From a virus (Duplodnaviria; Caudoviricetes), in IMG/VR virus record IMGVR_UViG_3300030451_003083, positions 1 through 27,348 of that record: a stretch of DNA of 27,348 nucleotides, one strand, 5' to 3'. Under the pieces are notes generated by a model. The model did no database searches. It worked only from the letters and a program-made list of their open reading frames with translations, and was not told where the DNA came from. Positions 24,960 to 27,348 of the stretch are shown here, piece by piece. A program made the position numbers and the translations under genes. Numbering within the stretch: position 1 is the first letter of the stretch; every line of letters begins with the position of its first letter.

Positions 24960-26095
24960 AAGTCCACCTCCTCGAATCTAAAGTAAAACAGGGTATCATC
25001 GAAATTAGGAAGCAAACTACTAATTCCCTTGAATTCTTTTCTCCTAACTCCCATCATAGACATTTCGTGTATCTCTCCCATAAATTGCTTATTTGTAGTA
25101 GCCGAACCTGCTCCTGTAGAACCTGTCCCATTTGCCCCTATGTAGCAATCCTCTTTGGCAAAAGAAAAAGTAGAATCTGTTGAATGCGTATTTGTCTTAA
25201 CCAAACTCCCATTAAAGAATATATCCAATGCTCTATTAGTTTCGTTGAAAGTACAAGCAATATGGAATGTATTGTGAGTATACATAGCCATATGTTCTGC
25301 CTTTAGAAAGAGGTCTTGCCCACTTTGTAAAGCGGTTGCAGGAGTAGTTGTAAGAGTTACATCACTTCCGCTAATACTTTGAATTGTTCCTAGTGATGTC
25401 ATTACATTATTGACCAAGACAAATACTTCTTGTTTTCCTCCTGCAAATAGCCTATTAGCACTTCCTGCCGTAAATGTTGCACCGCTAGGACTACTGATAC
25501 TAGTAGCCCTAATGTGAGTTTTTCTACCATCAGCAGTAGTATGCAAAGATGGAGAAAAACCTACTGCTCCATCAAAGCGATAAAATTGACTATTTGTTGG
25601 AACTATGACTTCTTCAGTAGTATAAGTTTCAGTAGAAGTCCCTAATTTTAATCTAACTCTAATCTTATATCTAGCAGGATTATTTTCATTATGTAGGGTA
25701 GAATTAACTAAAGATATTTGAAAATTAGGATTATAGAAAATCATCATTTCATGAGTAAGTCTAGCAGTTCTTGAAAGATATAACTCGCTTTGGTGATTGC
25801 CTTCTGTTCCCGCAGTATATACACTTTGAGAAATTGCCGGCATTACTCTCTTGTCACTATATGTAGGAGCAGTTTGATTGGAATGAGTTCCATATCCATT
25901 TATCTCATAAGGAGTAATTATACTTTCAAAAGTGAATGAGCCTTCATGTGCCCATAGTCCGTAGGCGATATCGTTTGTAGTAGAAGAATCTCCTCCTGTA
26001 TCTACAACATTATCACTATAGTCTATCTTAACATGACCATTGCACATAACAGGAAAGACCAATGACCTTTGGTTCCCTGCTAGTATCTCATACAT
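24956..26095 (-). CDS. LamG/concanavalin A-like domain virion protein
   Basis: SFTFESIITP...FHIACTF...LDIFFNGSLV...YIGANG...FMGEIHEMSM matches the LamG pattern. Start is 26104 (GTG) or 26095 (ATG). Confidence 0.75.
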   Translation of the reverse strand: MYEILAGNQRSLVFPVMCNGHVKIDYSDNVVDTGGDSSTTNDIAYGLWAHEGSFTFESIITPYEINGYGTHSNQTAPTYSDKRVMPAISQSVYTAGTEGNHQSELYLSRTARLTHEMMIFYNPNFQISLVNSTLHNENNPARYKIRVRLKLGTSTETYTTEEVIVPTNSQFYRFDGAVGFSPSLHTTADGRKTHIRATSISSPSGATFTAGSANRLFAGGKQEVFVLVNNVMTSLGTIQSISGSDVTLTTTPATALQSGQDLFLKAEHMAMYTHNTFHIACTFNETNRALDIFFNGSLVKTNTHSTDSTFSFAKEDCYIGANGTGSTGAGSATTNKQFMGEIHEMSMMGVRRKEFKGISSLLPNFDDTLFYFRFEEVDL

Positions 26096-26105
26096 TTGTT
26101 TCACC

Positions 26106-26711
26106 TCAAGGGAATACTGTTGCTACTTCAAAGGTCATGCTGAAAGAAACTTCTACAGTATCAGAAGTAAAGTCACAACCGAATTGTCTGATGAAACCTT
26201 TTACTCCTTCAGATGTTTCGGAAGTTGGAAAATCATTCGGGAAAGGAACTCTATAATTGTCTAATTCATTTGCTGCTCCTCTAGAAGCAAAGGTAAATGG
26301 GATGTTTCTCTCAGTAACTTGAGTAAAGGTTTCATCTACTGTAGAAGGAATAAGAAATACCAATTCATCAAATGCTTGATGTTGTGCTGCACCTGTAGAA
26401 TCCACCCCCGACGCAATCATTTGAGCAATTTCGTGAGCAGTATAATTCAATGCTCCTTTATTGTGGCCCCCTGCACCCTCTTTGGTTATGGTTTCGGGCA
26501 AAATAAATCCGCTAATACTAATGCTTTTTCTAGACATACCTGCATCTAAAGCGGCTACTGTTGCCTCACCAAAAGTTAATCCGCTAATAGGAACAGGCAT
26601 AGACGGAATCGTTTTATCTGTAGATATTCCAATAGAAGTTACTTTTAGAGGTATGACATTTTTTGTCAAGTTTCCTCCATTTGCCTTTGTTTTAAGATAT
26701 ACATAACTCAT
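26106..26711 (-). CDS. Putative distal tail (Dit-like) protein
   Basis: Immediately downstream of the tape measure gene. Beta-rich with RKSISISG...VKGFIRQF...VSFSMTFEV. The call rests mainly on synteny. Confidence 0.5.
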   Translation of the reverse strand: MSYVYLKTKANGGNLTKNVIPLKVTSIGISTDKTIPSMPVPISGLTFGEATVAALDAGMSRKSISISGFILPETITKEGAGGHNKGALNYTAHEIAQMIASGVDSTGAAQHQAFDELVFLIPSTVDETFTQVTERNIPFTFASRGAANELDNYRVPFPNDFPTSETSEGVKGFIRQFGCDFTSDTVEVSFSMTFEVATVFP

Positions 26712-26715
26712 TTAA

Positions 26716-27348
26716 TCACCTCATAGTTCTAGAAGAAGTGGTTCTGTTAATTTTATTGTTTACCATATTTCCAATTCTTTCTGCAATTCTTCTAAGTTCT
26801 CCATCAGAAGTATCTCTTGCATTGATTGTAATGTTGTTGTGAATGATAGTTCCGCCTTGTGCAGTAGCGACCATCCTTCTACTTTGAGCATTAGAATGAA
26901 CTCTAGCACCTCTAGGAAGATTGACTAATTCGGGGCCTCTTTCTCCCACTACTGCCATTCCACCTTTAGCAATTCCACCATTAGCCATAAATTCTATTCC
27001 ATCCCACCAATCTCCGATTGCGTCTATTAAATCTCCAACCGCACCATTAAACCAATCACCTACTGCATTCCAAAACCCTCCACTAAAATAAGAGGTAAAC
27101 CTATTGGTAATCCATCTACCAAAATAGATTAGAAGGGCTACCCCCGCTACATAAAATGCGCCTCCCCATACTAATAGAGGGATTGCAACAAGAGTTACCA
27201 AAAGGGCTTGTAAGAAATTATCTTGGAAATATCCTATTACTCTTTTACTTATACTTGCAACAAAAGAAATTACTAAAGACACAAGTAATCCTATCCCCCC
27301 TATTAAAAGAGTAAGTGCCCCCGATATTACAAAATCTAGCATCGCAGG
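26716..27348 (-). CDS. Tail tape-measure protein, C-terminal fragment (5' end beyond window)
   Basis: Hydrophobic and W-periodic helices (FWNAVGDWF...IGDWW), then MANGG...VVGERGPELV.LP.GARV.SNAQS and TIIHNNITIN, a common TMP C-terminal signature. Confidence 0.85.
   Translation of the reverse strand, partial: PAMLDFVISGALTLLIGGIGLLVSLVISFVASISKRVIGYFQDNFLQALLVTLVAIPLLVWGGAFYVAGVALLIYFGRWITNRFTSYFSGGFWNAVGDWFNGAVGDLIDAIGDWWDGIEFMANGGIAKGGMAVVGERGPELVNLPRGARVHSNAQSRRMVATAQGGTIIHNNITINARDTSDGELRRIAERIGNMVNNKINRTTSSRTMR

Noticed and set aside
15891-26706. Plus-strand ORFs within the tail module (e.g. 17441-17800, 17860-18165)
   Set aside because: They are antisense shadows of long minus-strand structural genes, with no independent support.

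Overview
This window is a fragment of a tailed dsDNA virus of archaea. The archaeal-type replisome, GGTGA/GGAGG Shine-Dalgarno sites and gene content best fit a marine Poseidoniales (MG-II Euryarchaeota) virus ('magrovirus'-like); this assignment is inference. Bases 1-14980 (+ strand) form a tightly coupled replication operon: a LAGLIDADG-like C-terminus, RFC large-like and small clamp-loader subunits, a putative OB-fold SSB, a Sak4/RecA-like ATPase, PCNA, a family-B DNA polymerase split into two genes around seven small ORFs, a Cas4-like nuclease, a fused PriS-PriL primase, an XPF/ERCC4 nuclease, an MCM-like AAA+ helicase lacking its N-domain, a DUF4177-like protein, an RNase H-fold exonuclease and several short ORFs missed by the ORF track. 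A UUCG-capped hairpin terminator (14981-15016) separates this from a convergent minus-strand tail module (15128-27348): tape-measure C-terminus, Dit-like protein, LamG protein, 2375-aa hub/adhesin, collar-like protein, tail fibre and a small beta-rich protein. The most notable observations are the split PolB with altered motifs A/B/C and two Cys4 inserts, a 28-aa ORF made of two tandem PIP boxes, a stand-alone TFIIS-type Zn ribbon without the acidic dyad, and recurring gene-junction sequences. All calls come from reading motifs by eye; no database searches were run.
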